DNA of 64,000 nt from Clostridiaceae bacterium (GCA_012518845.1 JAAYRJ010000052.1:14381-78380); one strand, 5' to 3'. Positions 1-9,290 are shown, counted from the first letter of the stretch. Numbers and translations: made by a program. Notes: generated by a model from the letters alone, not told the origin.

Positions 1-140
1 AAGAGATTTAAACACTCTAAAACTCTTGCTAATTAAGCAATAAATATAACAAAATCAATATAATAATTTTACGAATTTACATTTCACATTTTTGACTATA
101 TCAAGTATCATAAAAGTGTATTGCCCATAAATAAATATGT

Positions 141-240
141 GAAAGCGTACCTAGGGATCTAAGATTAATTTCCAGGACCAAGCGGTACCGATATGATAAT
201 CAATAATTCGTATTACACCCGAGGGATAAAAGCCCAGATG
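141..240 (+). promoter_or_regulatory. ykkC-family (subtype 2, probably PRPP-sensing) riboswitch aptamer in the purC leader
   Basis: Contains CTAGGGATC (151-159), GGACCAAGCGG (175-185) and ACACCCGAGGGATAAAAGCCC (215-235). These match the three conserved ykkC cores (CUAGGGUUCCG / GGUCCGAGAG / ACACGGAGGGAnAAAAGCCCGGGAG) with pocket-segment changes. It sits directly upstream of the purine operon and overlaps a terminator. Confidence 0.6.
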
Positions 241-280
241 GACAGGTTTCACAGACTGTTCATAGGCTTTTTTTGTTTTT
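232..280 (+). terminator. Intrinsic terminator acting as the riboswitch expression platform
   Basis: GCC(232-234)/GGC(265-267) plus ATGGACAG(238-245)/CTGTTCAT(256-263) form the stem, followed by T7-G-T5 (268-280). The 5' arm reuses the GCCC of the aptamer 3' core. Confidence 0.6.
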
Positions 281-311
281 AGAAATATATTGTCAAAATC
301 TGGGAGGGAAA

Positions 312-992
312 ATGAAACTACTATACAAAGGCAAAACCAAAGATGTTTATGAGCTAGACGCCGAAACAGTACGTTTGCAGTTTAAGGATGATGTAACTGG
401 TAAAGATGGTATCTTTGATCCTGGGGCAAATGAAATAGCACTGTCAATCGAAGGAATTGGCAAAAGAAATTTAGCTGTCTCAACTTTGTTTTTTGAAAAA
501 TTAGCTACTAACAATATTCCTACCCACTTTATAAGTTCAGATCTTGAAGCAGGTACAATGGATGCAAAAAAATGTACGCCATTTGGCAAAGGCATTGAGA
601 TCATTCAAAGAAAATATGCGGTCGGCTCTTTTTTGCGTCGTTATGGTCTTTATGCAACAGAAATGATGCCACTTAACAATTATGTAGAGATAACCTTAAA
701 AGATGACAAGAGACAAGATCCACTTATAACCGAAGATGGCTTAGTTGCGTTAAATATTTTAACTCATACACAATACGACTCTTTAATAAACCAAACTAAA
801 CAAATTGTCGATATAATAGATAAGTTTTTAGAAGCTAAAAACTTACAATTGATTGATATTAAATTGGAATTTGGTATTGATACTGAGGATAATGTCCTCT
901 TAACTGACGAAATTTCTAGTGGTAATATGAGAGTTTACCGAAATGGAGAAAAACTAGAGCCAGCAGAATTGACAGATTTAATTCTTGCTTAG
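312..992 (+). CDS. purC: SAICAR synthase (phosphoribosylaminoimidazole-succinocarboxamide synthase)
   Basis: MKLLYKGKTKDVYE N-terminus typical of PurC. The ATG at 312 is preceded by GGGAGGG (302-308). The ORF-track TTG start at 273 lies inside the terminator T-tract. Confidence 0.93.
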   Translation: MKLLYKGKTKDVYELDAETVRLQFKDDVTGKDGIFDPGANEIALSIEGIGKRNLAVSTLFFEKLATNNIPTHFISSDLEAGTMDAKKCTPFGKGIEIIQRKYAVGSFLRRYGLYATEMMPLNNYVEITLKDDKRQDPLITEDGLVALNILTHTQYDSLINQTKQIVDIIDKFLEAKNLQLIDIKLEFGIDTEDNVLLTDEISSGNMRVYRNGEKLEPAELTDLILA

Positions 993-1015
993 TTTTATCA
1001 TAAAAGGAGATCGCA

Positions 1016-1498
1016 ATGAAAGTTGCTATTATAATGGGCAGTAGTTCAGATTATGAGATTGCTCAAAAAGCTTTTCCGCTTTTAGAAAAATTTAACATCC
1101 CATATTTTGTTAGAGTTATTTCAGCTCATCGAGCTCTTGAGATGCTACAAGAATGTGTATCAGAGTTTGAACAAGAAAATGTAAAATGCGTCATTGCTTT
1201 AGCAGGTAAGGCTGCTCATTTACCAGGTGTAGTAGCTGGAATGACAGTTTTACCAGTGATTGGTGTACCAATCAAGGGCTCAGCTTTTTTAGGACTTGAT
1301 TCATTAATGTCTATTGTTCAAATGCCTAAAGGGGTACCGGTTGCTACAGTTGCGGTTGACGCAGCAGACAATGCTGCTATTTTAGCAGCTCAAATCCTTG
1401 CTATTAACTCCAACGACATTACACAAAAATTAAAAGTTTACAAACAAGAATTAGCTGAACATGTCGTTCAACAAGACAAGGAAATCAATACTATATGA
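1016..1498 (+). CDS. purE: N5-CAIR mutase, class I PurE
   Basis: SAHR and AGKAAHLPGV motifs are class I type rather than the class II SAHK/AGRSNGLG type. RBS AAGGAGA lies upstream. Confidence 0.92.
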   Translation: MKVAIIMGSSSDYEIAQKAFPLLEKFNIPYFVRVISAHRALEMLQECVSEFEQENVKCVIALAGKAAHLPGVVAGMTVLPVIGVPIKGSAFLGLDSLMSIVQMPKGVPVATVAVDAADNAAILAAQILAINSNDITQKLKVYKQELAEHVVQQDKEINTI

Positions 1499-2793
1499 GT
1501 GGAATAGTAGGTGTGAGTACTGATAAATCAGTTGTAGCTGCCCATCCTATTATTTATGGGGTATATGCATTACAGCATCGTGGACAGGTAAATACAGGTG
1601 TTGCTTTGTTAGATAATAATCAGTTGGTTGTTAGAAAAGGCTCTGGACAGATTAATGCTTTATTTCCAGATAATATTTCAATGAATATACCAGGAGATAG
1701 GGGTCTAGGTCACGTCAAATATGGCGAGTATTTACAATATGATATTGAACAACCGATATTGCCAAAAGAATATAAAATTAATGGAACAAATTGTCTGATT
1801 ACAATAGATGGCAATATTTTAAACAAAGACTTTTCTTTACACGATTTGGCTCTAGCTTTAAATTCATCTTTGCAAACAGGCAAAGAATATCTGAGTAAAT
1901 TGCAAGGTGCTTTTGCAGGAGTTTATCTGGATCCTTATAAAATGATAGGTTTTCGAGATCCGGTTGGTTTAAAACCACTGTATGCAGGTAAGTTTGATCA
2001 TGGTTATATTTTAGCCTCGGAAACTTGTGCAATTGATTCTACGGGTGCAGATTTAATTCAATCCGTAGACAATGGTGAAATGGTTGTAATTCAAAAAGAC
2101 AAGATTGATTTTTATCGTTACACAGAAAAATTACCAAAGAAAAAATGTATCTTTGAACTTGTTTATATCTCAAGACCGGATAGCTATTTTGATGGATTAT
2201 CTGTCTATCAAGCTAGAAGTCAGATGGGCAAGATTTTATATGAAGAATATCCAACAAGTGCTGATATTGTTATGGGTGCACCAGACTCAGGTCTAATAGC
2301 AGCTGTAGGATATGCTGAAGAATCTAAAATTCCCTATAAAGATGGTATTATAAAAAACAGATATGTAGGTAGAACCTTTTTAACTACAGATGAAAGTGAA
2401 CGCAAAACAGATATTTTTATTAAATTTAATCCAATTAAGGAAGTATTAAGAGATAAAGAAATTGTTTTAGTTGATGATTCAATAATCAAAGGTTCAACTA
2501 TCAAACGAACTATAAAAATGTTAAGAAATGCTGGCGCAAAAAAAATTCATGTTCGAATTTCTTCACCAATTTTGAGGTTCCCTTGCAATTTATCTATGGA
2601 TATTCCAAATGTTAATGACCTAATGGCACATCAAAAAGATGTTGAAGAAATTCGCCAAGAAATTAACGCAGATTCACTTTATTATCTTTCGATGGAGGGT
2701 TTACTTAAAGCTTGTGGACAAGATGATTTTTGTGATCACTGTTTTACAAATAATTATCCAATCAAACCATATGAGGAGGGACTATGGGTTTAA
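1495..2793 (+). CDS. purF: Amidophosphoribosyltransferase (Fe-S type) with a degenerate Ntn glutaminase site
   Basis: LQHRGQ, RDPxGxxPL, PRTase loop VLVDDSIIKGST, and cluster Cys residues (KKC, FPC, CDHC) are present. The start ATG overlaps the purE stop (ATATGA). The protein begins MSGIVG, not MCGIVG. Confidence 0.9.
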   Translation: MSGIVGVSTDKSVVAAHPIIYGVYALQHRGQVNTGVALLDNNQLVVRKGSGQINALFPDNISMNIPGDRGLGHVKYGEYLQYDIEQPILPKEYKINGTNCLITIDGNILNKDFSLHDLALALNSSLQTGKEYLSKLQGAFAGVYLDPYKMIGFRDPVGLKPLYAGKFDHGYILASETCAIDSTGADLIQSVDNGEMVVIQKDKIDFYRYTEKLPKKKCIFELVYISRPDSYFDGLSVYQARSQMGKILYEEYPTSADIVMGAPDSGLIAAVGYAEESKIPYKDGIIKNRYVGRTFLTTDESERKTDIFIKFNPIKEVLRDKEIVLVDDSIIKGSTIKRTIKMLRNAGAKKIHVRISSPILRFPCNLSMDIPNVNDLMAHQKDVEEIRQEINADSLYYLSMEGLLKACGQDDFCDHCFTNNYPIKPYEEGLWV

Positions 2794-3836
2794 CATATAA
2801 GGATTCTGGTGTAGATAAAGAAGCTGGCTATAAACAAGTTAAATTAATCAAAGACATGCTCAAGTCGACTTATACTTCTGGTGTTATTACTGACATAGGT
2901 GGATTTGGTGGTATGTTTCGTTCACCTCAATCAGAGTATGAAAAACCAATTTTGGTTTCGGGTACAGATGGGGTTGGTACAAAATTAGATTTAGCTTTTA
3001 GGACCGATATTCATAATACAGTTGGTATTGATTGCGTTGCCATGTGTGTTAACGATATTTTATGCCAAGGGGCAAAACCATTGTTTTTCCTAGATTATAT
3101 TGCAACAGGCAAATTAATTCCTACAAAGATGGCAGAAATTGTTTCTGGTGTAGTTGAAGGTTGCAAGCAATCAGGCATGGCTTTAATTGGTGGTGAAACT
3201 GCTGAAATGCCGGGCATATACCAAGAAAATCATTATGATTTAGCTGGTTTTGCAGTTGGAATGGTTGATGAAGCAAAAGTTATCGTACCAGAGCGGGTAC
3301 AGGCCGGTGACAAATTAATAGGTCTCCCATCTAGTGGTATTCACTCTAATGGTTTTTCGCTCGTAAGAAAAATAATTTTTGAGCTGCAAAATAAGAGTTT
3401 AGAAGAGTATATACCGGAATTAGATCAAACTTTGGGCAAAAATCTTTTGACGCCAACTAAAATTTATGTAGATGCTGTTTTACCATTAATTGATAAATTT
3501 GATTTGCATGGTATCTGTCATATTACAGGCGGTGGTATTATCGAAAATTTACCAAGAGCTTTAGGACAAAATCAAACAGCTCTTGTAGATCTTTCAGATT
3601 TTGAAATTCCAGCCATATTTAAGCTACTAGCCAAGTGGGGCAAGATAGAAACTAAAGAAATGTTTAATACATTTAACATGGGTATTGGTATGATTTTGAT
3701 TGTAGGAGAGGAAGATTATTCTGCCGTAACTGACGATCTAAATGAACGTCAACAGGATTTCGTTGAAATGGGAGAAGTACTATTAGGTGACGAAGATATC
3801 GAAATTAAATATTCTGACGATTGCTTAGAAATTTAA
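2784..3836 (+). CDS. purM: AIR synthase (phosphoribosylformylglycinamidine cyclo-ligase)
   Basis: YKDSGVDKEAGY, GTDGVGTK and GGETAEMP motifs. The start overlaps the purF end, after GAGGAGGGA. Confidence 0.93.
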   Translation: MGLTYKDSGVDKEAGYKQVKLIKDMLKSTYTSGVITDIGGFGGMFRSPQSEYEKPILVSGTDGVGTKLDLAFRTDIHNTVGIDCVAMCVNDILCQGAKPLFFLDYIATGKLIPTKMAEIVSGVVEGCKQSGMALIGGETAEMPGIYQENHYDLAGFAVGMVDEAKVIVPERVQAGDKLIGLPSSGIHSNGFSLVRKIIFELQNKSLEEYIPELDQTLGKNLLTPTKIYVDAVLPLIDKFDLHGICHITGGGIIENLPRALGQNQTALVDLSDFEIPAIFKLLAKWGKIETKEMFNTFNMGIGMILIVGEEDYSAVTDDLNERQQDFVEMGEVLLGDEDIEIKYSDDCLEI

Positions 3837-3853
3837 TAAAGAAAGTCATTATT

Positions 3854-4474
3854 ATGAAAAAAATTGCCGTGTTGCTTTCGGGTGGTGGATCTAATTTACA
3901 AAGTTTAATTGACAGTCAAAAAGTTGGCTATTTTAAAGGTGAAATAAAACTTGTAATCTCAAATAATAAAAATGCTTTTGGGCTCGAAAGGGCCAGCAAT
4001 AACAACATAGAAGCTATCTATCTCAACAAAGAAGATTATCCGAATAATGAACAATATGATCGTCAAATTTTGAGCCTATTTAAGCAGTATAAAATTGATC
4101 TGGTTGTATTAGCAGGATATCTAAGATATGTAACGCCTGTTTTGCTTGAAGCCTATCCCAATCGTATTATTAATATCCATCCTTCTTTATTACCAGCCTT
4201 TGGAGGCAAGAATTTTTATGGCTCTAAAGTACATGAAGCTGTTTATCAAAGAGGTGCAAAAATTTCTGGAGCAACTGTTCATTTTATTGATGAGGGCCAA
4301 GATACTGGACCGATTATTATTCAAGAGAGTTTGCCGTTAGATCAAGATTGGCAACCAGAAGAAATCGGTCAAGCAGTACTAAAAATAGAACATAAAATAC
4401 TACCTTTAGCAGTTAAATATTTTTGTGATGAGAAATTAACAGTTAAAAATAAGCGTGTTTATATCAAAGCTTAA
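3854..4474 (+). CDS. purN: GAR formyltransferase
   Basis: KIAVLLSGGGSNLQ, HPSLLPAFGG and GATVHFIDEGQDTGPII. The ATG at 3854 is preferred over the TTG at 3821, which overlaps the purM end. Confidence 0.92.
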   Translation: MKKIAVLLSGGGSNLQSLIDSQKVGYFKGEIKLVISNNKNAFGLERASNNNIEAIYLNKEDYPNNEQYDRQILSLFKQYKIDLVVLAGYLRYVTPVLLEAYPNRIINIHPSLLPAFGGKNFYGSKVHEAVYQRGAKISGATVHFIDEGQDTGPIIIQESLPLDQDWQPEEIGQAVLKIEHKILPLAVKYFCDEKLTVKNKRVYIKA

Positions 4475-4529
4475 TTTCATAATTTAAACAATAAATCACT
4501 GAGCAAATGATCAAAAATCGGAGGCAAAA

Positions 4530-5786
4530 ATGAAAGTATTAATAATAGGGAGTGGTGGGCGTGAACACGCTATAGCGGATAGTTTGATTAAAAATGACAG
4601 AATAGAAACTGTTTATTTTTTAACTCATAATGGTGCTGCAAAAGGCAAATTAAAAAATGCCAATTTCCCTGATAATAGTAAAAATTCGATTGATCAATTT
4701 TTGTTGAAGTATCCAGTAGAGCTTGTGATAGTGGGTCCAGAACAACCACTTTCTGAAGGCATAGTTGATTATATTCAAGAAAAAGGTATTAAAGTTTTTG
4801 GTCCACATAAAAAGGCTGCCAGATTAGAAGCGAGTAAAGCTTTTGCCAAACGATTTATGGAGGAACAAAATATTCCAACTGCTAAATATATTGAGTATGA
4901 CAATTATGAATCAGCTCTTAATGGTCTAGATAATTTTGAATTTCCTTTAGTAATTAAAGCCGATGGCCTTTGTGCAGGCAAAGGTGTTGTTATTTGCCAA
5001 AATTATTCTGAGGCCAAAAAAGCTTTAGCCGATATGTTTAAAGAAAAGATTTTTGGTGACCAAGCCCAAACAGTTATTATAGAGGAATTTTTGTCTGGAT
5101 TTGAAGCCTCTTTACTTTGTTTTGTTTCAGGTTCCAAAATATACCCTTTAGACACTGCTATGGATTATAAGAAAATTTATGAAAATGATCTTGGACCAAA
5201 TACTGGTGGTGTAGGGATGATATCACCTAATCCATACTGGAACAGTAATTTACAATCTCAATCGGATATTATTATTAAAAAAATAGAAAATGGTCTAAGC
5301 CAGAGAGGTCTTGAGTATAGTGGAATATTATTTATTGGATATTTGATTGAAGATGGAAAAATCTATGTTCTAGAATTTAATGTGCGTTTTGGTGATCCTG
5401 AAACAGAAGCTCTTTTGCCACGTCTTCATTCTGATTTATTAGAGAATATAGAAGAATCAATTAATCGTTTGCCTGTTAATTTAAAGTTTGATAATAAAGT
5501 AGCATTGGCAACTTTATTAGTTTCAAAAGGTTATCCCGCTTCATTTGAGAAAGGCAAAGTTATTTCAGGCTTAGAAGATTGTGACCCTGATATTAAGATT
5601 TATCACAATGGGACAAAAAATATTGATGATAAAATTTTAAGTAACGGTGGACGAGTACTGTCTATAGTCGCAGTTAAAGATACATTAGAAGAGGCAAGAG
5701 AAGCTGTTTATCAAAATATTCCTAAAATTTCATTTGAAAATATGAGCTATCGAACAGACATTGGCCAACTCAAAAATTATGATTAA
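4530..5786 (+). CDS. purD: Phosphoribosylamine-glycine ligase (GAR synthetase)
   Basis: MKVLIIGSGGREHA N-terminus, ATP-grasp core and GDPETE motif. Confidence 0.94.
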   Translation: MKVLIIGSGGREHAIADSLIKNDRIETVYFLTHNGAAKGKLKNANFPDNSKNSIDQFLLKYPVELVIVGPEQPLSEGIVDYIQEKGIKVFGPHKKAARLEASKAFAKRFMEEQNIPTAKYIEYDNYESALNGLDNFEFPLVIKADGLCAGKGVVICQNYSEAKKALADMFKEKIFGDQAQTVIIEEFLSGFEASLLCFVSGSKIYPLDTAMDYKKIYENDLGPNTGGVGMISPNPYWNSNLQSQSDIIIKKIENGLSQRGLEYSGILFIGYLIEDGKIYVLEFNVRFGDPETEALLPRLHSDLLENIEESINRLPVNLKFDNKVALATLLVSKGYPASFEKGKVISGLEDCDPDIKIYHNGTKNIDDKILSNGGRVLSIVAVKDTLEEAREAVYQNIPKISFENMSYRTDIGQLKNYD

Positions 5787-5798
5787 TTTTTGAGTTGG
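5765..5798. terminator. Perfect 14-bp hairpin between convergent purD and the acyltransferase gene
   Basis: CCAACTCAAAAATT (5765-5778), 6-nt loop, AATTTTTGAGTTGG (5785-5798). It includes the purD stop codon. The flanking U-tracts are poor. Confidence 0.5.
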
Positions 5799-5808
5799 TT
5801 ATTAGCTT

Positions 5809-7677
5809 TTATTTTACTGATCTTTCTTTAGCTCTCTCAATAGTTTCTAAAATGAAATTGCTATAAGCTTCATAGGTTTCTGGTATTCCATAAAAATGGA
5901 CAAGGTCAGTTCCCGCATAATACTGTGGATTGTCTTCTGCTACTGCAAACCAATCACCGACCGTAACAAAGTCATATTTGTCTTCTAAAGTTAAAAGATA
6001 TTCGCGGTATTGCCAAGATCCCAACGAAGAATCTCCTCTTCCATCATAAGGGGTTATGAATATCAAGCGATGTTTTTCAGGAAAGTCAGCAATGATTTCT
6101 TCTGTGAACTCTACATCATTTGAGCTAGTATTAGTACCAAGAGCAAGAATAACAAATTCTTTCAAATCACCACTCTCCTTAAGATCTTGAATTAATTCAT
6201 TTACACTATCAAGCTTTCTATATTGTGCAGCATCGACAGAAGAGTCTGGAATTGTTTCTAGTAAGTAGTCTCTTGGACCTACCATGACACTATCACCAAA
6301 TATTGTTGCTCCTTTAATATCTTCGTAAAAAAGTCTTTCTTTTTCATCAAGTTCTTGAACTTCGGCTTTTACTATTAAATTATTAGCCTCATCTTTACTT
6401 TGCATTAAAGCATTACGCATCAAGGTTTCTTCCATGGAAGTCAACCAAGGAGCTTTAAATAAAGTAATTATCAGGATTATAGCAAAAATACCCGCAATAC
6501 CTGGAAATAAATATTTTTTCTTATTAAGGAATTGTAGGTTTGGTATTTGAACTTTTCCTTGCCAAGCTGGTTCCCAAATGTATGAAGCAAAATTAGCCAA
6601 TAATATCGAAGCAAACAAAGAGATTAGTGCGCTTATGATAGGTGAAAAATGTTGTTTAGCTAAAACAAATAATGGCCAATGAAAGAGATAGATAGGATAG
6701 CTTATTTTATTAAAATATGCAGTAAATCTATCAATTCCAGATTTTAAATCAGGAAAAATTTTAATTTTGGTAGCAGCATGAAAAAGAATTGCATAATAAA
6801 TTAATACACCAGTTGCAATGCTAGTAGTTAAGATACCAAAGTAATATGTCAATGAGCTTTCGTATGATAGTAGAAATGCCAAAAATAAAACAACAAAAGT
6901 AGCAATTAGACTACCTCTAAGTACATTCTCTCTTAATTTTTTAGGCTTAAAGGATGCTGCAAGTCTGATAAAGCGCTTATCACTATGAAATAAGCAAGCA
7001 AGTAGAGATCCTATGAAGAGTGGATAACTACGTGTAAAATTAGAAAAATACAAAGTAGCAATATTTTCTTTTCTAATTATGCCAATTAGCATTAAAATAT
7101 ATCCAATTAGGGCGAAGACAAAACTAGCAATTAATACTTGGTTTCTTAATTTTAGGAATAATTGTAAATTTCTCTTATTCGTTTGAGCTTTAACCCGTTT
7201 TTGATTTGACTTTACAAGGATTAAAATAAAAAGTGCCCAAATTATGTAAAAGACAATTTCTAAGCTTAAATACCAGGTGTGTAAAAATAAATGCTCTATG
7301 AATTGAGCTTCATAGCTGCCGCCTGTCAATATTTCATACCAATTTGTTACAAAACCGAGGGTTGCCGCAACTTGTTTGCCAATGTCTACTAAAAAGTCAG
7401 GATTACTAAACAAGGAGAAAAATAATGTGATAATAATAGCTAAAAGTAAAGTTGGAAAAATACGATAAAATCGTTTTTTAAAGAAATTTTTGCTGTCAAA
7501 ATCTCCTGTTTTTTGAACTTCTGTGAAAATTGATCTTGTAATCAAAAAACCAGATAGTACTAATAGCATGTCAACGCCAAGAAAACCAGCTGCTAAAAAT
7601 TTAGGGAAAAAATGGTAAACAATTATAAGCAAAAATGCTACAAACCGGATAATATCAAAACCTTTAATATATGTCAT
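5809..7677 (-). CDS. Acyltransferase-3 family membrane protein with a C-terminal SGNH domain (OatA-like O-acetyltransferase)
   Basis: The N-terminal 400 aa or so are polytopic with the FDIIRFVAFLLIIVYHF start typical of the AT3 family. The C-terminal soluble domain has a GDSVMVG (SGNH block I-like) motif. Confidence 0.8.
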   Translation of the reverse strand: MTYIKGFDIIRFVAFLLIIVYHFFPKFLAAGFLGVDMLLVLSGFLITRSIFTEVQKTGDFDSKNFFKKRFYRIFPTLLLAIIITLFFSLFSNPDFLVDIGKQVAATLGFVTNWYEILTGGSYEAQFIEHLFLHTWYLSLEIVFYIIWALFILILVKSNQKRVKAQTNKRNLQLFLKLRNQVLIASFVFALIGYILMLIGIIRKENIATLYFSNFTRSYPLFIGSLLACLFHSDKRFIRLAASFKPKKLRENVLRGSLIATFVVLFLAFLLSYESSLTYYFGILTTSIATGVLIYYAILFHAATKIKIFPDLKSGIDRFTAYFNKISYPIYLFHWPLFVLAKQHFSPIISALISLFASILLANFASYIWEPAWQGKVQIPNLQFLNKKKYLFPGIAGIFAIILIITLFKAPWLTSMEETLMRNALMQSKDEANNLIVKAEVQELDEKERLFYEDIKGATIFGDSVMVGPRDYLLETIPDSSVDAAQYRKLDSVNELIQDLKESGDLKEFVILALGTNTSSNDVEFTEEIIADFPEKHRLIFITPYDGRGDSSLGSWQYREYLLTLEDKYDFVTVGDWFAVAEDNPQYYAGTDLVHFYGIPETYEAYSNFILETIERAKERSVK

Positions 7678-7683
7678 AATCTA

Positions 7684-8220
7684 CTACTCCGCTCCCTCTG
7701 TTTCATTTTCACTTGAATCGCTCATCTCATCTGGATCAGACTCCTCTGATATATTTTGGCTGGGATCACTGGAATCTGGATCTGTTTCCTCTAAATTTTT
7801 GTTCTCAACTATAGACGAGGATTTATTTATCCAGGTATTATCAGGACCAAGCTGCCAAGATTTGCCAGGTTCAATTTCGACGATACTATTGGTTCCCGCT
7901 TTACCAGTTTCAAAATTGCCCTCTATCTTTTGATTTTGGCTATTGATAAAAATTCCTTCACCTTCAAATTTATTGTCTTTGAAATTACCTTCGTAAATTT
8001 CGCCATCTGGAAAAACGATTTTTCCTTCACCCTCAATTAATTTGCCTTTGATTTCACCAGTATATTCAAGATCATCAATACTTAAGTTTTTAACGTTTCT
8101 TTTTCCACTAGGTAATAAGGCGAAAATAATACAAATTATCCAGATAAACAAAAATAGATAGTATTTAAAATTAGGTATTGAATTAATTTTTAGCCAGATG
8201 TTATTTACAAATTTTTTCAT
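7684..8220 (-). CDS. Membrane-anchored MORN-repeat protein with an acidic tail
   Basis: One N-terminal TM helix, then YxGExxxGxxxGxG-type repeats (YTGEIKGKLIEGEGKIVFPDGEIYEGNFKDNKFEGEGIF). The C-terminus is D/E/S-rich. Confidence 0.7.
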   Translation of the reverse strand: MKKFVNNIWLKINSIPNFKYYLFLFIWIICIIFALLPSGKRNVKNLSIDDLEYTGEIKGKLIEGEGKIVFPDGEIYEGNFKDNKFEGEGIFINSQNQKIEGNFETGKAGTNSIVEIEPGKSWQLGPDNTWINKSSSIVENKNLEETDPDSSDPSQNISEESDPDEMSDSSENETEGAE

Positions 8221-8267
8221 ATAGTCTCCTGTTATAAAAAATATTTGTTAATTATTCCTGATATTAT

Positions 8268-9290
8268 TTATAATGCTTCAGCTATTTCATAAATTAATCT
8301 TTCAGATTTTTCCCAGCCAAGACAAGGATCGGTAATTGATTTACCGAATGTGTTTTCCCCAATTTTTTGGGCACCATCCTCTAGATAACTTTCGATCATG
8401 AGACCTTTGACCAGTTGTCTAATATCATCAGAAAGACGACAACTATGCAAAATTTCTTTAGTGATACGGATTTGTTCTAAATAATTTTTATTAGAGTTTG
8501 CATGATTTGTATCGACTATCAGGGCAGGGTTCTGCAAATTACTTTCTTGATATAAATTAAACAAACTCATTAGATCTTCATAATGATAATTTGCCAGAGA
8601 TTGCTGAAATTTATCTTGATAGCCACGTAAAATAGCATGTGCATATGGATTGCCTTGGCTTGCACATTCCCAACCACGATATTCAAATACTTGTTCTTGC
8701 TGAGCTGCATAGATAGCATTCATCATCACATCTAAGTCACCGCTGGTTGGGTTTTTCATACCTACAGGTAAATCTACACCACTTGCGACAAGACGATGTT
8801 GCTGATCTTCAACTGATCTTGCACCAACTGCGACATAGGATAAAAGATCATCTAAATATGAATGATTTTGTGGGTATAACATTTCATCAGCAGAACTAAA
8901 GCCATAATCTTTTAAGGCTCTATGATGTAACTTACGGATCGAAATTAAGCCCTTAATAATATTTGGATTTTGTTTAGGATCGGGTGAGTAGAGCATTCCC
9001 TTATAACCAACGCCTAAGGTTCTGGGTTTATTTGTATAGATACGAGGAATAATGATAATTTTATCTTTGACCTTATCTGCCACTACCTTTAATCTGGAAA
9101 GATATTCGAGAACAGAATCTTCATTGTCAGCTGAACAAGGACCAATTACTAATATAAAACGCGAATCTTTACCGGTAAACACGTCTTTTATTTCTTGATC
9201 TCGCTCTTTTTTGACAAGAGCATCTTTTTCATCAATAGAATATTGTGCTTTTATCTCACTTGGTGAAGGTAATTTACTTATAAATTGCAT
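8268..9290 (-). CDS. aroG: DAHP synthase, class I-alpha (AroG/F/H-like)
   Basis: LVIGPCSADNEDSVLEY..., IYTNKPRT and GYKGMLYSPDP correspond to E. coli AroG VVIGPCSIHD / YFEKPRT / WKGLINDP. Confidence 0.88.
   Translation of the reverse strand: MQFISKLPSPSEIKAQYSIDEKDALVKKERDQEIKDVFTGKDSRFILVIGPCSADNEDSVLEYLSRLKVVADKVKDKIIIIPRIYTNKPRTLGVGYKGMLYSPDPKQNPNIIKGLISIRKLHHRALKDYGFSSADEMLYPQNHSYLDDLLSYVAVGARSVEDQQHRLVASGVDLPVGMKNPTSGDLDVMMNAIYAAQQEQVFEYRGWECASQGNPYAHAILRGYQDKFQQSLANYHYEDLMSLFNLYQESNLQNPALIVDTNHANSNKNYLEQIRITKEILHSCRLSDDIRQLVKGLMIESYLEDGAQKIGENTFGKSITDPCLGWEKSERLIYEIAEAL

Noticed and set aside
1-140. A possible second (guanine) aptamer upstream of the ykkC-type element, as in known tandem guanine+PRPP arrangements.
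   Set aside because: No purine-riboswitch cores (UAUAAU...GAUAUGG...CUACC...CCGUAAA...GACUAUG) are present; there are only weak AT-rich hairpins.
273-311. N-terminal extensions proposed by the ORF track at 273, 3821, 10250, 11526, 12106, 21811, 27611, 40228, 54840, 61276 and 63368.
   Set aside because: In each case an internal ATG with a good Shine-Dalgarno sequence gives the N-terminus typical of the family. The extension often uses TTG/GTG and overlaps the upstream gene or a terminator.
347-604. Many 60-145 aa ORFs lie antisense to, or out of frame within, long genes. Examples: 347-604, 1799-2032, 13828-14136, 21100-21537, 29555-29767, 30629-30967, 33212-33580, 35531-35905, 44355-44570, 49606-49925.
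   Set aside because: Each lies wholly inside a well-supported conserved CDS, has low-complexity or hydrophobic shadow-frame composition, and lacks an RBS. They are typical spurious ORFs of AT-rich DNA.
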